From the NCBI GenBank assembly GCA_963742735.1, contig CAVUMN010000003.1, forward strand, positions 320,001-384,000: a stretch of 64,000 nucleotides of DNA. The letters are read 5' to 3'. This stretch comes from an uncultured Actinomycetes bacterium (lineage in GTDB: Bacteria > Actinomycetota > UBA4738 > JBBDTT01). Below are positions 56,225 to 64,000 of the stretch, piece after piece (the stretch's first letter is position 1; the number at the start of each line of letters is the position of its first letter). A model generated the notes under the pieces. It had not been told where the DNA came from. It saw only the letters and a list, made by a program, of their open reading frames with translations, and did no database searches. Both the position numbers and the translations under genes were made by a program.

Positions 56225-56977
56225 CTACAGGGGGCTGAGGCCCTCGCGAAGCTGGGCGAGGGTCTTGGCCAACAGCCTGGAGACGTGCATCTGCGAGATC
56301 CCGAGCTGGTCGGCGATCTGACTCTGGGTGAGCCCCTTGAAGAAGCGCAGGTAGAGCATGTGCCGCTCGCGGGGCGGGAGCTCCTCCAGGAGCGGGGTCA
56401 GGCTCGCCCGGTACTCGAGCGTCTCGAGGGTGTCGTCCTCCTCGCCGAGCTGCTCGTGGAACGAGGGGCCGTCCTCCCCGGTCGCGGCGTCGAGGGAGAT
56501 CAGGCTGTAGGCGTGGGCGGAGTCCATCGCCTCGAGGATCTCGTCCTCCGTCGTGTCCGCGGCCTTGGCGATCTCCGCGACGGTCGGCGAACGTCCGAGC
56601 TCCTGGGAGAGCGCCCCCATGACCTTGGACAGCTGCAGGTTCAGCTCCTGGAGCCGGCGGGGGACGCGGACGGCCCATCCCTTGTCGCGGAAGTGGCGCT
56701 TGAGCTCGCCGACGATGGTTGGGGTCGCGTAGGTCGAGAACTCCACGTCGCGGCCGGGGTCGAATCGGTCGACGGCCTTCAGCAGGCCGATGGTCCCCAC
56801 CTGGATCAGGTCGTCGAGCAGCTCGCCTCGTCCGGAGAACCTCCGCGCCAGGTACTCGACCAGGCCGAGGTGGAGCTCGATGAGCTCGTCCCGGATGCTG
56901 GGATCGGTCGATTCCTGGAGCTTGAGGAACAGCTCCTTGACGTGGGCCTTGTCGGGGACTCCTCGCCGCTCGTTCAT
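56225..56977 (-). CDS. sigF: SigB/SigF/SigG-family sigma factor
   Basis: DDLIQVGTIGLLKAVDRFD, FSTYATPTIVGELKRHFRD and SQMHVSRLL motifs. Confidence 0.88.
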   Translation of the reverse strand: MNERRGVPDKAHVKELFLKLQESTDPSIRDELIELHLGLVEYLARRFSGRGELLDDLIQVGTIGLLKAVDRFDPGRDVEFSTYATPTIVGELKRHFRDKGWAVRVPRRLQELNLQLSKVMGALSQELGRSPTVAEIAKAADTTEDEILEAMDSAHAYSLISLDAATGEDGPSFHEQLGEEDDTLETLEYRASLTPLLEELPPRERHMLYLRFFKGLTQSQIADQLGISQMHVSRLLAKTLAQLREGLSPL

Positions 56978-57348
56978 GCGCCGGCCCGCTGCACCTCCAC
57001 CTGAACGCGATAGCCCGCCGGGTCCTGGACGATGTCGAAGCGGTCCACGAGCGCCTCGAGGATCATCCGGGACATCGGATTGAGGAACTCGCGGTCCTGG
57101 CGGAGGGTGCCCTCGGCGTGGGCCTCGAAGGAGAGCTGGCCGTCCTCGACGGTGAACCGCAGCACGAGCGCCTGGGGGGCCTCGGTGGTCGCGAGCAGGC
57201 GCGAGCACACCTCGTCGATGGCGATGTGCAGGTCCATGATCTGGTCGTACGTGAAGTCGAGGCGCGCGCCCAGGCCGCCGGCCAGGGCGCGGGCGAGCCC
57301 GACGAACGGGGTGGCGGGCGGGATGCGGATCTCGACGTGGTCGCTCAC
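56974..57348 (-). CDS. rsbW: Anti-sigma factor RsbW/UsfX-like
   Basis: VEIRIP...ARLDFTYDQIMDLHIAIDEVC; ATGA overlap with the sigma factor gene. Confidence 0.8.
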   Translation of the reverse strand: MSDHVEIRIPPATPFVGLARALAGGLGARLDFTYDQIMDLHIAIDEVCSRLLATTEAPQALVLRFTVEDGQLSFEAHAEGTLRQDREFLNPMSRMILEALVDRFDIVQDPAGYRVQVEVQRAGA

Positions 57349-57415
57349 GGACGCCCATCCTACCCATGGGCTTGCCCGCCCATTCCCGTGGCCTCGCTGT
57401 GCGAGCATCGCCGGC

Positions 57416-57820
57416 ATGGCCCGACGCCGCCGCGATCTCCCCGCCGAGCTGCGAGCGCCCTACCGGGCGTTCGCCGAGGTCGCGGCGCGCCTGGAGCGTG
57501 CGAAGGAGGACCTGCTCCGGGCGATCCCGGGCGCGCGAGCCCCCGGCGTGCCCCTCGCGGAGGCCCTCCTGGCCTACCGAGATGGGCTCGTCGCCGCCGA
57601 CGCGGGCATGGCCGGGTGGCGGGCTCCGGAGGTCGAGGCCGAGTGGAGCGCCTGCATACGGGGCGTCGGCGCGGCGCTCGCCGCGGAGGAGGCCGTCCGG
57701 CTGGGAGGCGGCGCGTTCGCCCACGACGTGCTGCTGTTCACCCTTCAGGATCTGATCGCACCCCTGGAGCCGTTCGAGGACGCCGTCCGTCGGTTCCGGG
57801 AGCTCCGGACCGGCTGGTAG
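57416..57820 (+). CDS. Hypothetical protein
   Basis: 134-aa ORF with host-like codon usage filling the intergenic gap. Confidence 0.6.
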   Translation: MARRRRDLPAELRAPYRAFAEVAARLERAKEDLLRAIPGARAPGVPLAEALLAYRDGLVAADAGMAGWRAPEVEAEWSACIRGVGAALAAEEAVRLGGGAFAHDVLLFTLQDLIAPLEPFEDAVRRFRELRTGW

Positions 57821-57862
57821 CCTCAGCCCGTCTGGATGCCCGTCTGGATGAAGGAGGCGCGG

Positions 57863-59212
57863 GTGGGGACCATCAATCTCGTCACGGAGCTGCCGGGCCC
57901 GAAGTCTCGAGAGGTCATGGCCCGCAAGGAACGGGTGGTGGTCGACGCGCTCGACCTGCACGCTCCCGCCGTGATCGCCTCCGGCCGGGGGGCCTCGTTC
58001 ACCGACCTCGACGGCAACACATTCCTCGACCTCTCGGGCGGCCTCGGATGCCAGCTGACCGGCTACTCGCACCCGAAGGTGGTCGAGGCCGTCACCCGCC
58101 AGGCCGGGCTGTTCTCGCACACCGACTTCAGCGTCATCGCTTACGAGACGTACGTGGAGCTCGCCGAGCGGCTGGTCGCCCTGACCGGCGGCGGTGACCG
58201 CCGGGTCGCCCTGTTCAACTCCGGGGCCGAGGCCATCGAGAACGCCGTGAAGTTCGCGCGGGCGGCGACCGGTCGCCCCGGCGTGGTCGCGTTCGAGGGC
58301 GGGTTCCACGGGCGAACGCTGCTCACGATGACGATGACCAGCCGGTACAGGCCCTACAAGTCGGGGTTCGGTCCCTTCGCGCCGGAGGTCTACCGGCTGC
58401 CGTATCCGTACCCGTACCGGGACGAGGCCGGCGAGGGGGCCGGCGGACGCGCTCTCGACCGGATCCGCCACCTGTTCCGGACCCAGATCGACCCGTCGTC
58501 CATCGCCTGTGCCGTCATCGAGCCCCAGCAGGGCGAGGGCGGCTTCGTGGTGCCTCCGCCGGACTTCCTGCCGGGCCTCTCCGAGATCTGCAGCGAGCAC
58601 GGCATCGTCGTCGTCTCCGACGAGATCCAGACAGGGTGCGGCCGGACGGGACGGTTCCTCGCGGGCGAGCACTTCGGGTTCGAGCCCGACGTCGTGGTGC
58701 TGGCCAAGGCCCTCGCCGGGGGGTACCCCCTGTCGGCCGTGGTCGGCTCGGCCTCGGTCATGAACGCCCCCGGGCCCTCGGCCATCGGCGGAACCTACGT
58801 CGGCAACCCCGTGGCCTGCGCGGCCGCGAACGCGGTCCTGCAGGTCATCGAGGAGGAGGGGCTCGTCGAGCGGGCGGAGGGGATCGGCAAGGTCCTGCGA
58901 AGCCGCTGGGAGCAGATCTCCCAGGACGTCCCCGAGATCGGGGAGATCCGGGGGCTCGGGGCGATGGTCGGGGTGGAGTTCGTCACGGACCGCGAGTCAC
59001 GCGAGCCGGACGGCGACATCGTCTCTCGGCTGATGTCGGAGACGATCAAGCGCGGCGTCCTGACCGTCCCGTGCGGGCCGTACCACAACGTGCTTCGGCA
59101 CCTGGTTCCGCTGGTGATCACCGACGCCGAGCTCGACGAGGCGCTCGACGTCCTGGCGGAGTCTGCGGTCGCGGCCCGGAGCGCGGGGGTGGGCGGGGCC
59201 GATCCCGGCTAG
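57863..59212 (+). CDS. gabT: 4-aminobutyrate aminotransferase-like (class III PLP enzyme)
   Basis: NSGAEAIENAVK, FHGRT, EPQQGEGG and DEIQTGCGRTG; AAGGAGG RBS. Confidence 0.88.
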   Translation: MGTINLVTELPGPKSREVMARKERVVVDALDLHAPAVIASGRGASFTDLDGNTFLDLSGGLGCQLTGYSHPKVVEAVTRQAGLFSHTDFSVIAYETYVELAERLVALTGGGDRRVALFNSGAEAIENAVKFARAATGRPGVVAFEGGFHGRTLLTMTMTSRYRPYKSGFGPFAPEVYRLPYPYPYRDEAGEGAGGRALDRIRHLFRTQIDPSSIACAVIEPQQGEGGFVVPPPDFLPGLSEICSEHGIVVVSDEIQTGCGRTGRFLAGEHFGFEPDVVVLAKALAGGYPLSAVVGSASVMNAPGPSAIGGTYVGNPVACAAANAVLQVIEEEGLVERAEGIGKVLRSRWEQISQDVPEIGEIRGLGAMVGVEFVTDRESREPDGDIVSRLMSETIKRGVLTVPCGPYHNVLRHLVPLVITDAELDEALDVLAESAVAARSAGVGGADPG

Positions 59213-60720
59213 GGGAACGGAAGCAGCTCGTTCGGCGGATCCAGCACGGTGGTGACCAGCGTGGCTGCCCGCGCGATGCCGCCCTTCGTGTTCGTGGCCG
59301 TCACCTTCACGGGGTAGTCGCCCGCGGCAGCAGGGAACGTGCCCTCCATCCCGTCCCACTCCACGTCGAGGGACGGCCCCTTCCGGGTGAAGCTCTTGAT
59401 CGGAAGCCCGGTGGTTGGCGACGTGATCGTGACCACCCAGTTCAGCGACTCGCTGCCGGTCGCCGTGTAGTGGACGGTGTCCACGCCGGGGGTGATGCCC
59501 CCCGAGGGCGTCTGCTTGACCCGCCACATCTTCGGCAGCCCCACGTCGTTCGCGCCCTGGCGGATGCCGACGAGCTGCCCGACCAGCTTGTCGCCGGGAC
59601 AGCTCGTGTATCCGGTGGCCCGGTGCGAGGTGATCAGGTTGAGGGTGACCCCGGTTCCCTCGGGGTACTTCGTGTTCGGCCCGCCGCCGGAGACCATCCA
59701 CGCCCAGCCCTTGGGAGGCAGGTGGGCGACGTCCAGCCTCCACCCCAGCGTCTTCTTGATCGAGAACGTCAGGGCGTTCGGGGCCGTCGCCGACGTGTAG
59801 ATCCCGATGGCCGCGATCGACACGGCCCCGGTGTTGAACCCCTGCTGTGCCGCCCCGATGACGTTCAGGCTGGGCCCCCCGTACCGGCCGATGAACACCT
59901 GCCCGTACTTGTCGACCAGGAAGTTGTAGGCGATGTCGCACCAGCCGTTGGTCTGGGTGTGGAAGTGGTAGATCGACCGCATGATGTCGTCGGACTCGCT
60001 CTTCAAGTAGTCGTTCTCGGTCGCGGTGTGGTGGACGAAGGCCACCTTCAGCGCGTCGGCGAAGTCCGGGCCGCAGTTGCGCAGGGACTCGTCGGCGCCC
60101 CAGCCCGCGCGGGTGATCCAGTACGGCGCGTTCGCGGTGGCCCCCGCGACCCCCGGTCCCTCCAGGGCCGCGCCGGGGACCGATCGCCAGGCCGTGGGGA
60201 CCCCGGCGGTCCCTGACGTGTTCACGAACTCGGCCCGAAGGTCCTGGATCCGGGTCCCGCGGACGAGCCCGATCCGGAAGCTGAGGCAGCGAGCGGAGCC
60301 GACCCAGAAGGGATCGGTGGCCCGCCGTGCCCCCTCCGCCTCGGCCGTGCCGGGATCCGGACCGTGGTCCGCGTGGAGCTCGAACTCGCGGCGAAGCGTG
60401 TCGGCGGTCTCCCCGGCCCGGAGGAACACGTGGGGTGAGCGGCCGGCCGCCTGCTGCCAGCTGAGGGCGACCGAGGTGAAGCGGATGCCCGCGCAGACCG
60501 TTCGTGCCGAGGTGAGGGCGTCGGCCGTGGCCCGAAGGGCCCCGGCGCCCGCCGGCCGCGCTGCGCCGGCGGCCAGCGACGAGGCGTCGACGGGGATCGA
60601 CCGGGAGATCGTCTCCGGCACGGCCTGGGCGTGGGGCGCGGGGAACCAGTCGCCGACGGCGAAGGCCGCGACGAGCAGAAGTAGAGCAAGGCCGGTGTGA
60701 CCGGTACGCGTCGTTCTCAC
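59209..60720 (-). CDS. Secreted N-acetylmuramoyl-L-alanine amidase (Amidase_2/PGRP) with FlgD-like Ig domain
   Basis: ITRAGWGADE, FVHHTA, GWCDIAYNFLVD, HR..TSCPG; C-terminal WDG..GDY. Confidence 0.88.
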   Translation of the reverse strand: MRTTRTGHTGLALLLLVAAFAVGDWFPAPHAQAVPETISRSIPVDASSLAAGAARPAGAGALRATADALTSARTVCAGIRFTSVALSWQQAAGRSPHVFLRAGETADTLRREFELHADHGPDPGTAEAEGARRATDPFWVGSARCLSFRIGLVRGTRIQDLRAEFVNTSGTAGVPTAWRSVPGAALEGPGVAGATANAPYWITRAGWGADESLRNCGPDFADALKVAFVHHTATENDYLKSESDDIMRSIYHFHTQTNGWCDIAYNFLVDKYGQVFIGRYGGPSLNVIGAAQQGFNTGAVSIAAIGIYTSATAPNALTFSIKKTLGWRLDVAHLPPKGWAWMVSGGGPNTKYPEGTGVTLNLITSHRATGYTSCPGDKLVGQLVGIRQGANDVGLPKMWRVKQTPSGGITPGVDTVHYTATGSESLNWVVTITSPTTGLPIKSFTRKGPSLDVEWDGMEGTFPAAAGDYPVKVTATNTKGGIARAATLVTTVLDPPNELLPFP

Positions 60721-60836
60721 GGGGCTCCCGATTGTATCGGCGCGTCCCCGTTCGTCCAGGTCATCGGCACAATTCGCCGGGAAAGTTCCCTCCACCCCGG
60801 CTGTTCCCAGCGTGTCGCCGGGTTTACCCTGTCGGG

Positions 60837-61628
60837 ATGAGCGACCAGCCGCCTCGGCGCGACTCGGCCGAGCGGGCCCCCCACGCGGACCCGGGCATGC
60901 GCGAGGCGGCTCGCGACCTGTCATCGCTGTTCGGCGACGAGTCCGACCACGGCCGTGGCGCGACCGCGCTGGGGGCGCAGAAGGTGACCCGTCCCCGCTC
61001 GGCCCTCGCGCCCCCGGAGGGCGTGTCCGACCGGCTCAGCACCCTCGAGAGCCAGCTTCAGGAGGCGGTCCTTCGGATCGAGTCCGTTGACCAGCACCTG
61101 GCGACGACCTACCAGGCCCTGCAGGAGCTCGCCCAGAGGTCGACCGAGCCGGATCTGTTCGGCGGCGTGGAGAGCACCGAGGCGCTGCTCGACCGCATCG
61201 AGAAGGTGGTGACCGACCGATTCGAACGGCTCTCGGATCGCCTGGTCATGTTCGAGGCCCAGCTGAAGGACGGGGCGGTCGCCGAACGGCTTTCGGCGCT
61301 TGAGGATCGTGTCTCGTCCACGCTCTCGCTCGCCGAGCTCAGCCGCGAGGCCGTGGTCCGCCTGGAGAAGCTCGTGGCGTCGATGCTGGGACCGGAGGCG
61401 GCGGAGGAAGCCCTTCGCGGGCCCTCGCAGGCGCCCTCGGCTCCGCCGGCCGCCGTGGCCCCGCCGGAGCCGGACCGGGACGACGCGTGGGCTGAGTCCG
61501 ATCCCGTGGCCGAGCTCGATGCGCTCCTCGGGGCGCCCTACGACACGGTCGATGAGGGCCCGCCGGCCGATCCCGACGACTTGCTCTGGCCGAGCGAGCC
61601 CGAGGCACGCGAGGAACGACCCCGCTAG
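60837..61628 (+). CDS. Hypothetical coiled-coil protein
   Basis: ATG 6 nt after TACCCT; heptad-like central region and acidic tail. Confidence 0.65.
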   Translation: MSDQPPRRDSAERAPHADPGMREAARDLSSLFGDESDHGRGATALGAQKVTRPRSALAPPEGVSDRLSTLESQLQEAVLRIESVDQHLATTYQALQELAQRSTEPDLFGGVESTEALLDRIEKVVTDRFERLSDRLVMFEAQLKDGAVAERLSALEDRVSSTLSLAELSREAVVRLEKLVASMLGPEAAEEALRGPSQAPSAPPAAVAPPEPDRDDAWAESDPVAELDALLGAPYDTVDEGPPADPDDLLWPSEPEAREERPR

Positions 61629-61666
61629 CATCTGCTCCTGTTCCGTCCAAACGCGAAAGGACCAAG

Positions 61667-62632
61667 ATGCCGCAGCGCGTCATCCGTCCCCGGCGGTCGT
61701 GCCTGTCCGTCCCGGGGTCCTCACCGAAGATGCTCGGAAAGGCTCCCGGGCTTCCCGCCGATGAAGTGTTCATGGACCTCGAGGACTCCGTCGCGCCCCT
61801 CGCCAAGGAGGAGGCCCGCGGCAACGTGGTCCAGGCGCTGAAGGAGGGCGACTGGACCGGCAAGACCGTCGTGGTCCGGGTCAACGGCGTCTACACGAAG
61901 TGGTGCGCGGACGACGTGCGCCACATCGTCGAGAACGCGGGCGACCTGATCGACTGCCTGATGATCCCCAAGGTCGAGTACGCGAGCGACGTGAGCTTCG
62001 TCGACAACCTCCTGCGGATGACCGAGGACAACCTCGGGCTCGGCAAGCGGATCGGCCTGGAGATCCAGATCGAGACGGCCACCGGCCTGCGCAACATCCA
62101 CGACATCGCGCACGCTTCCGAACGCGCCGAGACCCTCATCTTCGGCCCGGCGGACATGAGTGCCTCGCTCGGCCTCCCCACGGTCACGGCCGGCCTTCCG
62201 ATGCCCGGCTACCCCGGCGACCACTGGCACCACGTCCTGTCGACGATCCTGATCGCGGCGCGCGACGCCGGCTTGCAGGCCATCGACGGGCCGTTCCTGC
62301 TCATCAAGGACCTCGACCAGTTCCGGGAGATGTCGATGCGCTCGCGGGCCCTCGGCTACGACGGGAAGTGGGCCCTGCACCCCGGCCAGATCGACGTTCT
62401 GAACGAGGTGTTCACGCCGACCCAGGACGAGTACGACAAGGCCGAGGCCGTCCTCGACGCGTACAAGCACGCCACCGAGATCGAGCTCAAGGGCGCGGTC
62501 ATGTTCGGCAACGAGATGATCGACGAGGCCAGCCGCAAGATGGCCGAGCAGTTCGCCCAGCGCGGTCGCGCGGCGGGCATGCAGCGAGTCAAGACCCTCG
62601 ATGACTTCACGGCGGCCAAGGACGAGGGCTAG
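61667..62632 (+). CDS. citE: CitE/malyl-CoA lyase family (HpcH/HpaI) enzyme
   Basis: RRSCLSVPGS, DLEDSVAP, QIETA, FGPAD and GKWALHPGQI motifs. Confidence 0.88.
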   Translation: MPQRVIRPRRSCLSVPGSSPKMLGKAPGLPADEVFMDLEDSVAPLAKEEARGNVVQALKEGDWTGKTVVVRVNGVYTKWCADDVRHIVENAGDLIDCLMIPKVEYASDVSFVDNLLRMTEDNLGLGKRIGLEIQIETATGLRNIHDIAHASERAETLIFGPADMSASLGLPTVTAGLPMPGYPGDHWHHVLSTILIAARDAGLQAIDGPFLLIKDLDQFREMSMRSRALGYDGKWALHPGQIDVLNEVFTPTQDEYDKAEAVLDAYKHATEIELKGAVMFGNEMIDEASRKMAEQFAQRGRAAGMQRVKTLDDFTAAKDEG

Positions 62633-62967
62633 TGCAGACCGTCGCCATCGTCCTGAACGTCGATCCGGCGCAAGTGGGCGCGTTCGAGACCGCCTTCCGC
62701 GAGCACGAGCTTCCGATCTGGGAGGACTTCCACGCCCGTGGCTCGATGCGGTTCGCCACGCTGTCGCGCATGGACATCTCCTCGGTCCCCACCGAGGGGG
62801 CCGTGCAGTACCTGATCACCGTGGTGTTCGCCGACGACGAGGGCCATCACGAGCACGACAACGACCCGCGGTTCGCGGCGTGGAACGAGATGGCCGATCG
62901 GTACCAGGTGGCGGAGCCCCTCGCCCTGGGCGGCGACACCGTGGTCTCGATCGGGGCGGAGGCGTGA
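62632..62967 (+). CDS. Small hypothetical protein (dimeric alpha-beta barrel-like)
   Basis: Overlaps both neighbours; His-rich HHEHD motif. Confidence 0.6.
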   Translation: MQTVAIVLNVDPAQVGAFETAFREHELPIWEDFHARGSMRFATLSRMDISSVPTEGAVQYLITVVFADDEGHHEHDNDPRFAAWNEMADRYQVAEPLALGGDTVVSIGAEA

Positions 62968-64000
62968 GTCTCGAAGCCGCCCGCACCGCCGTCGAGGCCG
63001 CGGCCTCGGTGGTCGAGCAGGCCACCCAACGTCTCAAGGAGCTGACCGCGGAGGACGGCAAGGCCTCGGTCGCCAAGCTCGACGAGCACCAGGTCTTCGC
63101 CTACGACCTCGCCCACGCGGCCAGCGCCCTTCACTGCTGCCGCACCATGCTCGACTATGCCGAGCGGGGCGAGCTCGAGGGGCAGCTGGGGCGCTTCTAC
63201 GTCGCCGACGTCTTCGCCGACCTCGTGGGTCGCATCGTGGGCCGGGAGCGGTGGTGGGGCGTCGATCTCGCCGCGCTGGCTCCCGCCAATGACTTCGTCC
63301 AGGAGCACCGGTCCGGCGCGTTCATCGAAGCCCTCGGCGAGCAGGTGCTCCAGGCGGGTGGGGGACCGACCCACCTGCCGGAGGAGTTCGAGCTGGCGCG
63401 GGAGACGTTCCGGCGCTTCGCCGAGGACAAGATCCGCCCCGCGGCCGAACACGTCCATCGGTCCAACGACGACGTCCCCGAGGACATCATCAAGGGCCTG
63501 GCCGAGCTCGGGGGCTTCGGGCTGTCGGTGCCGGAGGAGTACGGCGGCCTGGCCTCGGGCGGAGAGAGCGACTACCTGGGCATGGTCGTGGCCACCGAGG
63601 CGCTGTCCTGGGGCAGCCTGGCCATCGGGGGGTCGCTGATCACGCGACCGGAGATCCTCACCCGCGCCATCGTGAAGGGCGGCACCGACGAGCAGAAGCA
63701 GCGATGGCTGCCCGGCATCGCCACGGGCGAGCTGATGGTCTCGGTCATGGTCACCGAGCCCGACTTCGGGTCCGACGCCGCGGCCGTGTCGGTCGCGGCG
63801 ACGCCCGTCGAGGGGGGCTGGAAGGTCCGCGGGGTGAAGACGTGGGCAACCTTCGCCGGTCGGGCGAACACGCTGATGCTCCTGGCCCGCACCGACCCGG
63901 ACAAGGCGAAGGCCCACCGGGGCCTCTCCCTGTTCGTCGTGGCCAAGCCCGAAGCCGCCGGCCACGAGTTCCGCTTCGAGCAGGACGACGGCGGGACGAT
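62964..64000 (+). CDS. Acyl-CoA dehydrogenase (3' end outside window)
   Basis: GTG start; FRRFAEDKI, GLSVPEEYGG, TEPDFGSD and GVKTW motifs. Confidence 0.88.
   Translation, partial: MSLEAARTAVEAAASVVEQATQRLKELTAEDGKASVAKLDEHQVFAYDLAHAASALHCCRTMLDYAERGELEGQLGRFYVADVFADLVGRIVGRERWWGVDLAALAPANDFVQEHRSGAFIEALGEQVLQAGGGPTHLPEEFELARETFRRFAEDKIRPAAEHVHRSNDDVPEDIIKGLAELGGFGLSVPEEYGGLASGGESDYLGMVVATEALSWGSLAIGGSLITRPEILTRAIVKGGTDEQKQRWLPGIATGELMVSVMVTEPDFGSDAAAVSVAATPVEGGWKVRGVKTWATFAGRANTLMLLARTDPDKAKAHRGLSLFVVAKPEAAGHEFRFEQDDGGT

Noticed and set aside
57826-57849. 12-bp tandem duplication GCCCGTCTGGAT x2 upstream of gabT
   Set aside because: Only two copies and no supporting context; cannot distinguish an operator from a chance duplication

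Overview
High-GC actinobacterial chromosome segment; gene content (WhiB1, PdtaS, SigH/RshA, BldC, UPF0182, F420-dependent enzymes, MreB) suggests a non-model lineage. The backbone carries a nucleoside-type ABC transporter, DAHP synthase, a fused AhbAB, MreB, a Lon-PDZ/UPF0182/tRNA-fMet block, a sortase cluster, FtsH, a biotin-dependent acyl-CoA carboxylase/BKACE cluster, SigF/RsbW, GabT, an amidase, CitE and an acyl-CoA dehydrogenase. A ~9.4 kb element is integrated at the tRNA-fMet 3' end (46-bp direct repeat, 20439-20484 and 29792-29837). It encodes a tyrosine integrase with a Zn-ribbon insertion, a divergent HTH switch, an excisionase, a DUF3987-like protein, two tandem terminase-small-subunit-like paralogues and cargo genes, but no capsid genes, so it resembles a phage satellite. 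Its right end holds the most unusual feature: a ~500-bp non-coding array of 9 units, each a sequence-variable hairpin abutting a constant (T)GACCTGCGGTTT motif. Also read directly from the sequence: a complete aromatic-amino-acid attenuator upstream of aroF, a UxxC selenoprotein with a SECIS-like hairpin that the ORF track truncates, a frameshifted FAD oxidase and many leaderless promoters. All family calls come from motif recognition, not database searches.
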